A DNA stretch of 64,000 nt from Lepidodermella squamata (taxonomy: Eukaryota > Animalia > Gastrotricha), in the NCBI GenBank assembly GCA_047495785.1, contig JBLDXI010000011.1, forward strand, positions 1,302,001 through 1,366,000, given 5' to 3'. This document shows, piece by piece, positions 1 through 12,749 of the stretch. Below the pieces are notes generated by a model. That model worked only from the letters and a program-made list of their open reading frames with translations. It made no database searches and was not told where the DNA came from. The translations under genes were made by a program, and so were the position numbers. How positions within the stretch are numbered: the first letter of the stretch is position 1; each line of letters opens with the position of its first letter.

Positions 1-485
1 ATTAACAAATTATTCATAATGATGAGGTAAATTATCATGTTTTCATGGGGGTTTATATAAAAGTTGCCGCACTCAAGCGTAACGGGTCATGCTTTGATGA
101 CCTTGTAGCGCGAAAGAGTCATTTAATATTGTCATCGTTACTCGTCAGAAATCAACTTTGGGGAACCAGAATAGCGAGACCTAACCCATAGAGGTAATAA
201 TGACCTAATGACTGTCACATTTCAAAATCAAATTTCCCAAATTTTGCCTGTCAATTATATCGCTAATTAATTGAAACATTTAAGCCGCATATATATGGGT
301 GCATAAAATTGATTGATGGGCGAGTCAATGTATCACCAAAGTGCTAACTGGTTGGCCAATCAACCGATTATTAGGTTGAAAAATTAATTTCTAACAAAAA
401 TGTGCAAATTCGAAAAATTAAAAACTCCACCTTAAAAATTAATTCAAAGGAACAGAATTTCGTTTACATTTTGAAAAATCTTACC

Positions 486-1292
486 ATGCGGAATTTTCAG
501 CGAATTTTGATGGCAATCAGCTTATTATCCTGTATTTATTGCTCGAAAATCGAAAAATGCCGAAAATTAGCGAATGTAACACTGAAATCGCCGCATTTAT
601 TGATTTGGTCACCCTATGATTCATGCAGCGGAACGGCCGATATCAAAGATCGAAATCCAAAAAATCAATCCGGCATTTCTTTCGCTGATGGGCCGATTTG
701 CGGCGGGAAGAATCGATCGGTCACGGTTGATCGAACTCGCCAATCGCCGATATCGATTTTCGAAATGAAACATTCAAAAACAAGCGATTTCTCAGCTTTA
801 TTTTATTTTTCGAAATCCTCGAATTCCGATAACGAAACAACAATTTTCCGGTTGATTTCATCCGATAATATCGATTTATTACGATTCGTGGCTAAAATCG
901 AACGGTGATACGATTCGGCGCATTACAGCCTGTTGATTTACGTCGGCTCGTCCCGCATCCCGATTTGGTACTTGCATGACCGTTTCGGTCGAGTGAACAC
1001 GTTCAATTTACACGCTTTCGCTTACGATTCGAAACGCAGCACTCTATCGATTTTCAACGGTGATCGGGCGAATATCGATAAAATCAATTTATACGTCACG
1101 TTTGATCGATTTCGCCTTCGACAAAATTTGAAAAATGCTGGAAAGATGAGGCTGGAAGTAGGAGGACTATTTCATGCTGGGGATAAAATTTCGAATTTTT
1201 TCTTCTTTGAAAAATTCATTGAGATGGCTGAAATTCGTGAAATTCATAATTTCGTCAAAAAGCGGCTGGAATGTGAGTTTAATCTATTTTAA
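486..1292 (+). CDS. Putative secreted concanavalin A-like/LamG (pentraxin-like) protein interrupted by one in-frame TGA at 906-908 (pseudogene, readthrough or micro-intron)
   Basis: ORFs 402..908 and 933..1292 are in the same frame and separated only by the TGA. ATG 486 gives a signal-peptide-like start (MRNFQRILMAISLLSCIYC). LamG-like motifs: LLIWSP, FSALFYF, HAFAYDSK..LSIF, ISNFFFFEKFIEMAEIREIH. Confidence 0.5.
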
Positions 1293-1669
1293 TTAAAAAA
1301 AATCAAAAATATTTTTTAACAGGTTCGAATAATTCAAAGCCCATGAAATTGAATTCGGTAAATGTTAAGAAAGCCAATGGTCCAATGGAAAGACCCAAAA
1401 TCACTGTTAAAAAGTCTATTATTCCCACGTTTACTGCTAATTTCGCAATCGAACCGGACACCCAATGTACGGCAATCGTATTTCTCACAACATTTCAATA
1501 TTTCTTAAAATAAACCACGCTTTAACCTTGAAAAACAGCATTGTTTTCGAAGGTCCCAAAACGTATTTTGCGATTAGCATCAATCTAAAGAGGGCAACGA
1601 GACGAGTCGTTTGATATACGCCTCAAATATTGCATTTTTTGAAGTCCGATTGTCATTTTTTACAGTGTA

Positions 1670-1726
1670 ATGCGCGCACTTGCGCATCGCGCACGCACAT
1701 TTTAAAGTGCGCGCATATATATAAAA
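1670..1726 (+). promoter_or_regulatory. Candidate promoter of the zinc-finger gene (GCGCGCA/TGCGCA NRF1-like cluster plus TATATATAAAA)
   Basis: Several GCGC repeats followed by a TATA-like element about 60-70 nt upstream of ATG 1787. Confidence 0.35.
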
Positions 1727-1786
1727 TAGGTCACACGCAACCGCACTCATGCCACAGACGTTAATCTAATACAAACGGGTCAATTA

Positions 1787-2296
1787 ATGTTAATTAAGCT
1801 GGATTCGATTTCAAGCGTTGATTTTTGGTACACCGCCTATCGCGAACAAGCCGAGCGCGACGAAGCGGAAATGTTGGATTTCGCCGAAAATGTACGCGAT
1901 TCACTCGATTATTTCAAGACTTCATCGACACCACCACCTGCTACAGAGCAACCGATCGCCGTTAAAATCGTCGAAAATTCCAGGCTGAAATGTGTGAAAT
2001 GTGGCGTTGAATTTGAAGCTCGGTGGCAATTGGCCGATCACGTGACCATTTACCACACAGTTGAGCCTAACGTTTGCCCGAAATGTACGGCTGTTTTCGA
2101 GAGTCAGGCGGCGAAATTGGGCCATTTCACCATGGCGCATGTTATCAAGTCGCGCAATCGGCCTGCGTTCAAATACCTACCCAACGTCCAGCCGCAAAAG
2201 ACGGAAATTTCAAAGGAATTAAAGAAATCTAAGGGCAGGAGAGTTTTCAATGTTCCTGCGAAACCAGTAATCAAGCGATTTCGCGGAATAAACTGA
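1787..2296 (+). CDS. Small C2H2 zinc-finger protein (2 fingers, basic C-terminus), single exon
   Basis: CVKCGVEFEARWQLADHVTIYH and CPKCTAVFESQAAKLGHFTMAH; K/R-rich tail; AATAAA near 2369. Confidence 0.8.
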   Translation: MLIKLDSISSVDFWYTAYREQAERDEAEMLDFAENVRDSLDYFKTSSTPPPATEQPIAVKIVENSRLKCVKCGVEFEARWQLADHVTIYHTVEPNVCPKCTAVFESQAAKLGHFTMAHVIKSRNRPAFKYLPNVQPQKTEISKELKKSKGRRVFNVPAKPVIKRFRGIN

Positions 2297-3193
2297 GGAG
2301 AAAAATCCGATGCTGGCTTGTTATGATATTGTTAATTTATGATTATTTTATTCTTGTGATGAATGAAAAATAAAATAATTGATTAAATATTGCGGATTGT
2401 TTTGAAAATCTTTGCTTCCCAACCTAAATTTGCGTTCTCCGTTTTTCAAAAAAAATATTTTTAAAGTAATCATTAGAATAATTTTTCTTATTCTAATTAA
2501 AATACTAATTAAAATAAAATATACCTAATTTTTCATTGAAATTTCCTTAATTTTTCCGTTATTAGGTTTTATAATTTCGTAACATTTTTTAACATAGTCA
2601 TTGCTTTCAGAGGATCCAGATTTTCAATAACTGATTCGATCAACAAATGCAAATCGGGAATTTTATTATTAAAAAATCACTGATTTGTAAATTTATATCG
2701 ATATTATCCGATATTCGAATAACGGACCAGAATTATGCACTTAACACCCTAAAGAAAAGTTCGGATGAAAATAGGACAGTAAGAGTAGGATTTTTTTCGG
2801 GTTGTGTCTTGAAACTAGGACATAAATTTTCCAGCAACGAAATAATCCGAGAAAAAATGAGCAGTCAGAGCCAGCCAAGTTAGAGGTTAAATCCAAAGAA
2901 TTTGTATTCCAAGATTTATCAACACCTCTTGAATATTCATATTTTTATTAATTGGACTAAGAATGTGGTCCCACCGGGTAAAATACCGAAAATTACCAAA
3001 CCAGTTACCATCGGGGTTTTCTCCGGTAAATGGCGGATAAAGATGGAATATTCTCTCGGTGGATGGAATAATTTAAGAAAATTACTTATTAAAAATGGGA
3101 CATTAATACAAAAAACCATTGGCCTAAATACCGGCAAATTTTATTCTGTTGAAAATTCATCAAAAAAACCGAAAAAAATAGATGAAATAATAT

Positions 3194-4933
3194 CTAAAAA
3201 GCCCAAAATTGCTGCATCTCCGGGCAGTTGTGAAGTCGCCTAAGATCGCCCGGCGTCATGTGATGAAAAAGCGACAACCGGCTGGAATTGCCGCAGTCTT
3301 CCACCGTAAACGGCACATCATCATGCTTGTTCGGTTTACTGAACCTAAACGGCACATGTGTTAGGTTTAGATCCTGAGCCAAGATTCCAGTCAGCAGCAG
3401 ATCTTCAATCGGGAAATAGGTCGCATTTCGCTGTTCAACGCGTTGTAGCATCGAATCTAGCAGACCAACTTGGAATATGTAGCCCATCCCAGCGCAGTAG
3501 GCTGGGAACTTTTTCGGCCGAAACAGCTTTTTCGATAGAAAATGCTTCGAGTGAACATTACGAACAGGAAAGCCGTCAGTTACGACGCAGTAGAAATTTC
3601 GGTCGATACCACCTGAACCCTGCGATTTCGACATAATTGGGGATAAATCTCGATAGATTGTCACCAGGTTCAAATAAACATCATCGTCCGTTTTCACGAG
3701 GTAGAATTGCCGAAGGTTCGGAATGGACAAGTTCCGAACCCATTGGAACGTTGCCAACATTTTCGGGGTCAGTAATCGGTAGATATCAATAGCTGGTACC
3801 GTAACGATATCGCCATGTAATTGGGCTTCGATTTCTAATTTTCGCGAACAGTCGGTCGAATTGCTGTCAGCCGGTTGTCCGATGATGAAGTAGGGTCCGT
3901 GAACTTGGGTGCCAAGCTTTTTCACTAAATTGGACCTGTTGCCCCATGTTTCGCGGGTTGCTTGTCGCTTTTCGAATTGGCAACGGGCTGAAATTACGGT
4001 GATGATGAATGGCAAATTGATGGGTTGCTGAGAGGATTCAATCAGCTCGGTGGCGAGACCTACGGCAATGCAGCGAAAATATGTTACGAATTTTATTGGT
4101 TAGGTAATATCAAAAATTCCACAAGAAATCCCGAAAAAAACCGTTCGGTAATTTTCGGTAATATACCTGGTTTTACGGAATTTTTGTTAATTAAAAATTA
4201 GTCATTGTTTAATAAGTTGTTCCTCGAAAACTGGACAAATGAAGAATTGGGAAAAACCGGGTTCGGTAATTTTCGGTATTTAGCCTGGTTTGACGGGATT
4301 TTTCTTAATTTTTGATTGCGTTAGCGTTTTTTCGCAGAACTTCAAAGGTACTTCAAAGCTCAAGTGACTTGAATACAGAATCCCAGCCAGCACTAAAAAG
4401 CTAGCTACGTCAGTGAAAGTCCAGAGAAAATCAACGAAAAATTGTCGGTTTTTTCGGGTTTTTTTGTGAATTTTGATTTTCTCAGGGAAGAGGAAAGGAA
4501 TACGAAATGCTAAAATTGGCTGGAATTTTGGGTATCGAAATATTATTTTAAAGGCTCCTTGACAACCGTTGATATGGTAGAAAAGATCCAACTTGAGCTA
4601 ACCCGTTCATATTGAGTAGTGAGATGATTGAGCATAATATAGGAAAACAATCCAGATCAAAAGCGATAAAAATCCAAATTTTCGGTATTTTTATTGCTGG
4701 AACCCTTATTTTTGGCTTGTTGGATACCCTTAGGCTCTAAATAATGATAAAAATTATTAGATATTTCCCCACCTGTATAAATGATCGTAGATGCTCGGCT
4801 GCACACGTAGATGATTGTAAGCCCTATTTATAATACCAGAATTCGCTGCTATAGGTAAATGAAGCTAGTAAAATTAGTGGAATTCACCTGATAGAAACGC
4901 GCTCAATACAACGACCCATGGCTGGTAATTCAT
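3194..4933 (-). CDS. GT31 beta-1,3-galactosyltransferase / N-acetylglucosaminyltransferase family, type II membrane protein; exons 4933-4888, 4823-4773, 4059-3194 (320 aa)
   Basis: Motifs RETWG, EAQLHGDI, KTDDDVYLN (DxD), FPAYCAGMGY, IEDLLLTG. The spliced N-terminus MNYQPWVVVLSAFLSGLTIIYVC is a TM anchor. GT-AG junctions keep frame. Confidence 0.85.
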
Positions 4934-5609
4934 TATAGGCTGGAAATGCCAATAAAAAAGCGGAACGCAATTATTGTTTTTACGAATGAAAAGTCGCTTG
5001 AATTACTATTAGGCACGTGCCCAACTTCAGAAAAAAAATAGCTCAACACGTGAAAATTTATTTTGTTTTCGAAAAAAAAAATTGAAGCTTGAATTTCTTT
5101 GGGGAAAATGCGACCTACAGTTAAATTATATTGGCTGGTAAAATTGATGGAAAAACCCAGTCGAGACTGGTAAAATACCGAAAATATATTCAATTTTCAC
5201 AAAAAATTATCAAGAAAAAATTTCGAAATGCGGTATCGGTACCCAAAACTGTTAAATATTTCAAATTTCTTGACCATTTCACGGTTCGACAATCATTTAG
5301 TTTCGATTATTTTCATTTTTTTTCCATATTTTTGAGAATTTCAGAAGCACTCAATATGTTCTCAAAATGTTTTCGCGAACCTAATCCGGAGTATTAGATT
5401 TTTTATTGTTTATATTTCTCGGTAATTTGTACAGAAAAAAACAGCGCTTGGAGCAATTTTTTAGATAGTCAATACATTAGCATCGATTTTTGCGCCATGT
5501 CCTAAGTAAAAAAAAATATAATTCTTAACGCAGAGTATTTAGATAGAGAGCTTTAAAACTGTATTAGTCATTTTTCCTAATTCGAAAATCTCCGATTTTA
5601 TTGAATAAA

Positions 5610-8600
5610 ATGCTAGTTGCTAAGAGTCGTCCACCTCAAAGTTCAGCGAAGCGTGAACATACGTTTATGATCGCGGCCATCTACGTTCTGTACACCCTAT
5701 CCGGGCTATCGCTCCTTGTCACCGGTTTCTGGCTACTGAGTGGCAGCGGTGATATTGCCGTGAAAATTTCTCAACTCGCTCGAGCAAGCGCCGTTCCGCC
5801 TCGCTGGTCTTACCCCATCTACCTGGGATATATTTGCATCGCCCTTGGATCGGCGACCATTTTCGCGAATATTATCTGCATTATTGCGAGGCGATATTGT
5901 AGCCGATTTTTCTACCTAGTGGTAAAAAAGTTGAATTTTTTAGAAAAATTCGAAAAGAAATTCACCCGATTGAAATTTTTTTGAAAAATTATGAAAATTG
6001 AAATTTTGAAAAATATCAGAATTTATTTAATTTTTCAGAAAAATATGGCAATTTTCGTAAAATTAAAAAAATTAATTAATAAAAAATCGAAAATTTAATA
6101 TTTCGTATTTTTTCGAATTTTTTGTAATTTAAATTTAAAATTTAAAATGTTGATGTAATTTTAGCATCTATTCCTGTTCATCAACATTTGGGTCGCTTTG
6201 GCTTTCGTCGTCATCAATGCGAAATTCGGGGTCACAGAAGAGGTCTAAAACGCTGAAAAAATTCCTCAAAATTCCTAAATTAAATATTTTTCAAGGATCA
6301 ACTCATTGTATATGCCGAGGCCTTTAAAAAATTCGCAGCCATGCATATCAATACTCCAATCGATGAACTACTCGAATTTCACGTGAGTCTATCATTAACA
6401 AAGTTGATTTTATTTCTGAACGTTGAAAGACAAATTAATTGATGAGCCAATAATTGATATAGGCAAATTGATAGTCAGAGCAGTTTCATTTTGATTAGCT
6501 ACCAGTCGAAGGGGAATCGATATCGATTTGGAACCCGCGTCAACGTTCCAGCTCTCGAGTTTAACCTCGAATTTGTCCGAAACTAGGTCATTGCTGCTAT
6601 TTTTAGACGTTGACAGGTCCAAAATATCGCTGCAGGGTGATTGAATCGGTGCCGAATCCGTGGTCCAATCAAGCGTATCGGAATTCGATAAAATCGCCGA
6701 TAGCCGATGCAAACCGAGGGCGTTTCGCGTGAAAAGTGACCCGTCACAGTTGACTGATTTCGCGGGTTGTAGGTAGAAGGCATCGGTGCGTGACCATTGA
6801 TCACGCGGCACTAGCAATTTATACGCATCAAACATAGCTACAACCTCGGAATTTTCTGGAATTTCGATAATTCGATTTTCGAAATTGATGATCAGCCCAT
6901 TCGATCGATCGAACATTGACCAGGCTAAGCTTCGGTGGTCTTTACCGGTTTTAAGGTGGCAGTGCTTGCCTAGACCTAGAACCAGCCCGTTGATCAGCCG
7001 ATCGGGCGGCCCTTCGATAAAATCGGGTGATTTGATCGATTTTTTCGGAACAGCCAAATTCGGGTCTTCGTTTGTTGACTCGCGAATCGCGGCCTCGAGC
7101 GCGGTTCGAATTGGAGCGAATTCTGGGTCCTTGGTAAAATCGAGCCGGCGATTGTTCGGCGGCTCGTTCAGGCTCATTTGGATCAGGGTGATGAACTGGC
7201 GAAGGGTCTGAGTTTTATACCGACTGCCGTCTGTTTTTCGAATTTCAGCAATGAAAAGCGAAACCTTGAGAAAAAAAATCAGGAAAAATTTGAAAAAATT
7301 TAATTTAAAGAAAACTTCAAATTATTCAATATTTTGAAATTTTTTAAAAATTTCGAACATTTAAAAAAAAAATTTTTTAATTTTTTTAATTTTTAAAATT
7401 TTCTCACCTGTAAATTTAATTGCTCGTTGTTCATGTCCTCAAGTTGAATTTCATCCAAAATTTCGCCGATTTTTTCATTCCTTGATTTTCGCCACTGGTA
7501 GAAAGCCATCGTAGCCCATCGCAGCATTTTAGCCGTATTTCGCGGTTTTCGCTTGGTATTTTTAGAAATGTCCCCAGCCTGTGACTCGGATGAGCAAGTT
7601 TCACGGTCGAACTCATCCGGCGAATTCGTGTCAAAATTGCGCCATAAAACATCGGGAAACGCTTCGGTATAGCTCCGTTTAACACCTAATTGGTCCGACT
7701 CTTCATCCTTGATATCAGTTTTCATTTTAAGAATCTAAATTTAATAAAAAAAATAAAATAAATATTTATATCGGAGCTTGAAAATGGGATAAATTACGGA
7801 TATAAAGGTTTTTAAAAGGTTGTTTCAGAATTTATTGAAAAATATATTAATGACGAGGTGGTTATAATACGAGTCGCCATTTAGGCCAACTTCTTGTGCG
7901 TGTTTGCACGACGCGCCACGTGTCGTAATAACCTCGAACGACGACTGTTCGTGTCCAATTATACGCGAGTAACATTGGACGCCAGACGGCCGCATTGACA
8001 ACAGACGATAAAAAGATGATGAACTTATAATCCGTGGTGCAAAGGTCGTTTTTTTATACCCTGGAAAAATTATACATGATAAGACTGTATTTCGATTTTT
8101 ATTGCTGTCTATCGACCTAATTGTTGTCTGACCTAAATAAACTATATAAGATTTTTTTGGGTCCAAATATTTGCACCACTGAAAACGAGGCGCCCTAAAC
8201 TACGTAGAAAAATAATCGATGTTGGGTTCCGAGACGGTTGATATCGGAAAAATCACTGATTTGTAAAATCGATACTTAGAATCGATATCGGCTCTATAGG
8301 ATGAAGTATAATTCGTAAACTGACCGCTTATAGCGCAAAATATTAAGGTATATTGGTTTGGCATAACAACAAAAAATTTGAGATTCTAGTCAAGACTAGA
8401 AATTCGAAAAACCATATTTAGGGGAAATCTGGTGCTAGAGTCTCAAATTTAGTGCTGGAACCCTAAATTTGGGGTGCCCACTTGGCACAACCGATTTTTT
8501 TATTAATAAAAATAATAAATTAATTGCAAAATTCCTTGTACATTCTCCTTTTTTTTGCATATTCTCCCATGTCAGTTTTTTATCTGTCTTTTATTTAATA

Positions 8601-11600
8601 TTTATTTCCCAATTTTTATTACTACGCACGATAAACGCATTCGACTTTTATTGCTTGCCGTTTGACCCAGCCGCATTTGACCTAGCTATTTGACCCAGGT
8701 CGCCATGTGCGTGATGCGGCTGTTATTGCAGGATAAAAATGGAAAGCACGCGATTTCCTGAAAAAATCCAAACAAAATAATCGAAAAAAGCAATTCCATT
8801 TTATTCTGAAAATCGATCGATTTTTCCGCCAGCAACAATCACGCCTAAAATCGAACAGGTTACAATTAAAACGCGGCTGTTTTGAAATTTGTTCGAAATG
8901 CAAAGCGAAGTTTGCCGTCTTGACTGGCCACTGTCGTCATTCGATGGCGGTGTCAAAATGTCCCCGCCGCCGCCACCCTGAGTCCCACTTTGAGTCGAGC
9001 TTGTCGTTGTACTAATAACTTCTGACGACTGAGTTTGAATTTCAACATTATTGCCGTTATTCCAAGGCCGAGTCGTGTAATTACTATTATCAATTATTCG
9101 CTCTATCGATTTGGCCGTAGTCGAAAATTTCTTATTCTCAATTACCGTGGTAATTTTCGTGTTTTTAACCGATTTTTCAGTCGTAGTAGTCACCCTGGAT
9201 GGTTTTGCAGTTGTCTCGCCCGGATTTGAAGGTTCCTTCCAAACAAAATGCTCAATTTCCAGCTTTTCCTTACAAATTAAATGAATTGATTGATCGAATT
9301 CAGCTTCAGTTATCGGTTCGGCAAAAATCGATAAACAAGCGATCGCTATGTTTTCGGCAGAATTTTGCGGGCCGATTTTCAAATTCAGATTCTCAACTTC
9401 CATTGCCTTGTCGAATACAAATGCAACGAAATACCACGGCTTCATCGAAATTTTGAGTTTAGATGGCATTTTTTCAGAATTTTCGCCGTATTTTTTCGCG
9501 GTGAATTCTTCATTATTTGATTCTATGTAAAGATCGCCGATTTTTAGGAGAGATAGATTTAGCTCGGTTTGACTTGAAGCCATTTTTTCTGGGATGTAAA
9601 GGCCGAATGCGATTGATCGAACGGGTTTCGTCGAGGGCGGGAAGGTGTAAGTTGCTAACCATAAATTGCCACCAGGCGGTTTGAAAAAATGTCTAAAATA
9701 AAAGAGTAGAAATTTTTTTAAATTCTGGAAAAATAATTATGAAAAATGTTGAAAATTTTTTTAAAACATAAAGGTCAACAAAATCAAAAAATATATTGTA
9801 ATTTTCAAAAAAATTCGAAATTCCAATAAATATTTTAAAATTCTCAAAAAAAAATAAATAAATTTTCCAAAGATTATTTTGTGGCTTAGCGAAATTTTTA
9901 AATTTTTTTCCTATTTCGATCAACCCGTAAATCTTGGATTAACCGTGGAGTCTTTTCGATTTTGAATTTTTCATTTCTTATTGTTTTGAATTTCTGAAAT
10001 TTTTGAAAAAACTTGAAAATTTCAAAATGTCCCAAATGTTTGGAAATCAAAAGTTTCTTTAGAATTATTTTAAGCAAAATTTAAATTCTCTTACCTTGAC
10101 GGAGTTGTGCCAGTTTCGAAGAAAATGTCCCTATCGGGCGAAAAATTGGTCTCATCCGGCCGTGTCCCACTATAAATGTCATCCAACTCGTACGGATTGC
10201 GGTGAGCAAGCGGCCAATAGCCAATCAATTTCGCCGCGATATCGCTAAAATTCGCGCCGAAATTCGGCTCAGCCAACTTTTCCACGCCATCAACGCACCG
10301 GCCACGTGACCTACAAACGCACTCCAATTGCTCAATTTCGTCCCGCGACAAAACAGCAGAAAAAAACGCAAAACAGCCCAATTGATCGCCAACGCTCAGT
10401 TGGCCGATATTTAACCCGCGATAAGTTGTATTCGGAGTTGAACTTGAGTATTCAATAGCCTGGCCGCCTTCGAAAATGCGACTGAACGCTTCAACGCCTC
10501 GCTTTCGTAATTTACGCGTGTAATTAACGCGATGCGTGACCGCCATGAAAATCCACTCATTTTCGGGCAAAACCGCGCTGAAATACGGCTTGTAGTCTTT
10601 GTAGAACGAATTCGACCCGGAGATAGTTCGATTTTCGTCTGAATAAATGACGAAATACGACGGCGGAAATGGGCCGATGCTAAAAATTGGCTGCTGATTC
10701 GAATTTTCGGTTGGAGTTGCTTTTTTGAAGTAAAACGCAACCGTGAAATTTGCGTAAAATTGAGATTGATTATTGCCTACTCCAGTCGGGTTTTGAAGTT
10801 CGAAGTCCGGGTATGAAATTAGGTTTTCGATCGGTGTTTCAGATGGCGGGATTTCGTAGGAGCTTGCGAAGTAGCCGAAAGGTCCCGGTTCGCTGCGTAC
10901 GAGTTTTGCGTTTTCGTTGATTTTCGGGGTCAATGACGCGAGACGGGGCGATGAGGCGTAGTCGTTGAGTTGGCTGTAGGCGTTCAGCGGCCAGAAACCG
11001 ACCAAAGCATCCGGCCGCGGGCCTTGATAGGCCAATTTCTCCGAACTGGATGCTAGAATAAATTTTCGAAATATTTTCAAAAATTTTAAAATTGAAATTG
11101 AAATTTTAAAAATTTCAAAAGAATCCCTATTCTGAAGCTATGTGAAGGACCTAATTGGTCAATTTTCCAATAGATCTCCTAAAATTTAGCTTAATTAGCA
11201 TCGAACTTACTTTTGGCCAAAATCGCCAACAAAACTGCTGCTAAAACGGCGCTAAAATACGAGTTTTTCAAAGACATTCTCGAATCAGCTAAAAAATCGC
11301 TAAAAAAACGAGAAGGCTCATTTTCAAAAAATTAAGGTGGATTTTTTTAATTTGAGTTTTGCTAAAATTCACTGCAATTTTATAATTTTTTCTCAATTCG
11401 CATTTATTTACTGTTTTTCAGTCCAATGGAGCGTGTCAAAGCTGGGATTCTGATTTTAATAAGGTATTTGTTATCATTTTTATTTTACTCAATTTTTTAA
11501 CCGAATTTTATTGCAGGTCACAAGCCAATCTGTAGCCACCATGTTGCCACTAGTAACAATTTATTCACCAATTTTTACCGATACGGTCACGGATCAGTGG

Positions 11601-11906
11601 CTGCTAACCTGTAAGCAGTGGCTAATCGAGCAGTTGGACAGCATGCGTTCGGTTGTGTCACTCTCGTGCCTTGTCGCCCTAGCTATGCAATTTGCCGCAT
11701 TTGTAGCCTCGCTCCTCCTCGAACGGGTCGCGAATACTAACCAGCAACAGCACCAGCTTCATGGAGGTCATCATCATCATAATGAGCGAAGAATCAGCAA
11801 CCATCATCCGCGTCTGATGCCTATCAACAGCTACAACAATCGAGTCGGCGCTAAAAACTCGACGGCTATTATCGATGAAATTGCGGATATTTTAGAAACA
11901 TCATGA
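5610..11906 (+). CDS. Divergent tetraspanin-like 4-TM protein; exons 5610-5921, 6165-6242, 6296-6382, 11422-11463, 11517-11906
   Basis: Three N-terminal TMs (TM1 IYVLYTLSGLSLLVTGFWL), a large loop, TCKQWL before TM4 (SLSCLVALAMQFAAFVASLLL). All junctions are GT-AG phase 0. No CCG motif seen. Confidence 0.65.
6410..7725 (-). CDS. DUF3504-type (ZMYM/QRICH1/KIAA1958-like, Crypton-derived) protein, nested antisense in tetraspanin intron 3; exons 7725-7408, 7264-6410 (390 aa)
   Basis: PRNTAKMLRWATMAFYQWRKSRN, LNLQ|VSLFIAEIRKTDGSRYKTQTLRQFITLIQMSL, DPEFAPIRTAL and FYLQP...FTRNALGLHRL match the family pattern. Confidence 0.75.
8161..8492 (+). mobile_element. Long copy of dispersed repeat family A (non-autonomous, MITE-like)
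   Basis: Reverse-complement homologous to 48186-48628 over >300 bp; contains the core GATATCGGAAAAATCACTGATTTGTAAAATCGATAC. Confidence 0.7.
8801..11277 (-). CDS. Cell-surface protein: signal peptide, two LamG/ConA-like domains, Ser/Thr-rich stalk, C-terminal hydrophobic anchor; nested antisense in tetraspanin intron 3; exons 11277-11211, 11052-10095, 9692-8801 (~638 aa)
   Basis: Signal MSLKNSYFSAVLAAVLLAILAK; repeated LVGFWPL/LIGYWPL, FTVAFYFK, EWIFMAVTH/WYFVAFVFD, CFAFFSAVLSRDEIEQL/CLSIFAEPITEAEFDQ; T/S-rich stalk; VLIVTCSILGVIVAGG tail. Junctions keep frame. The 3' end could use an extra exon. Confidence 0.75.
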
Positions 11907-12270
11907 AACCGAGATTTTTGAAAAATTGATGCGGCTGACCTGAGCTTTATTAATTTTAACCCTGTCTGGTCGCATTTGAAACCAATTTATTTTATATGAA
12001 TCATCGGATCCGGTTGGAATTTTCGTAAATTGTTGCAAGACCTTTTTGATTTTGCGTAACATTGCATGGAATAAAACGTGGAAACCTGCAAATTTTAAAC
12101 GGAAATATTCCGCGGCTTTGTTTTGAGAGCACAGGGTGTCCACAACTTTAACGATAAAATGTTTCCTTACAACGTCGGCCAAGAAATATTTTGAAGTTGG
12201 ATCTCATATCAAGCCCTTCGATGACAATTTCACTGATTGGAAATCATAAATTTATCAAAAGGAACCAGGA

Positions 12271-12470
12271 AAAACCCGAATGGTAATTTTTCGGTATTTT
12301 CGGTAATTTTGCGTATTCGACGAATTTATCCACATTTATCAGAATAAGGAACATGTCCCATAATTATTCTAAACTTAAGTAGCAGTTTCCATCTTTAAAA
12401 TCGGAAATTTACAGGAATCTAACCCGGAAAAACCCGAACGGTAATTTTTTGGTAATTTCGGTAATTTCCC
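12271..12470. repeat. Dispersed repeat family B (GAAAAACCCGA..GGTAA../CGGTAATTTTCGGTATTT motif)
   Basis: Related copies at ~2974-3030, 4130-4290, 17661-17730, 39789-39845 and 44040-44095, in both orientations. Confidence 0.6.
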
Positions 12471-12749
12471 CATTTTTACGGATTTTTTAATTCTTTACTT
12501 ATTTTTGTCTTTTTTTAGTTAAATAGTTTAGTGTCAAGCCATTTGCGCAACGCCAAATGAGCAAATAATTTCAACTATTTGCTGTTTTTGTATTTTTGTT
12601 ATATTTAAGAGACAACAATAGAGCTCAAAATTGTTACAACAGTATTGAAAATTGAATAAGGCCCCTCTCTTAATTTCTAGTTTCATTCAAATTTAACATT
12701 TCGGGTAAGTTTGTAGTGTGTAATTTTTCGCGCCTATTATTGCGATTTG

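Noticed and set aside
1293-1500. SECIS element that would make TGA 906 a selenocysteine codon
   Set aside because: An ATGA..AA..GA is present near 1343, but spacing and stem pairing do not fit, and the protein has no redox motif around the codon.
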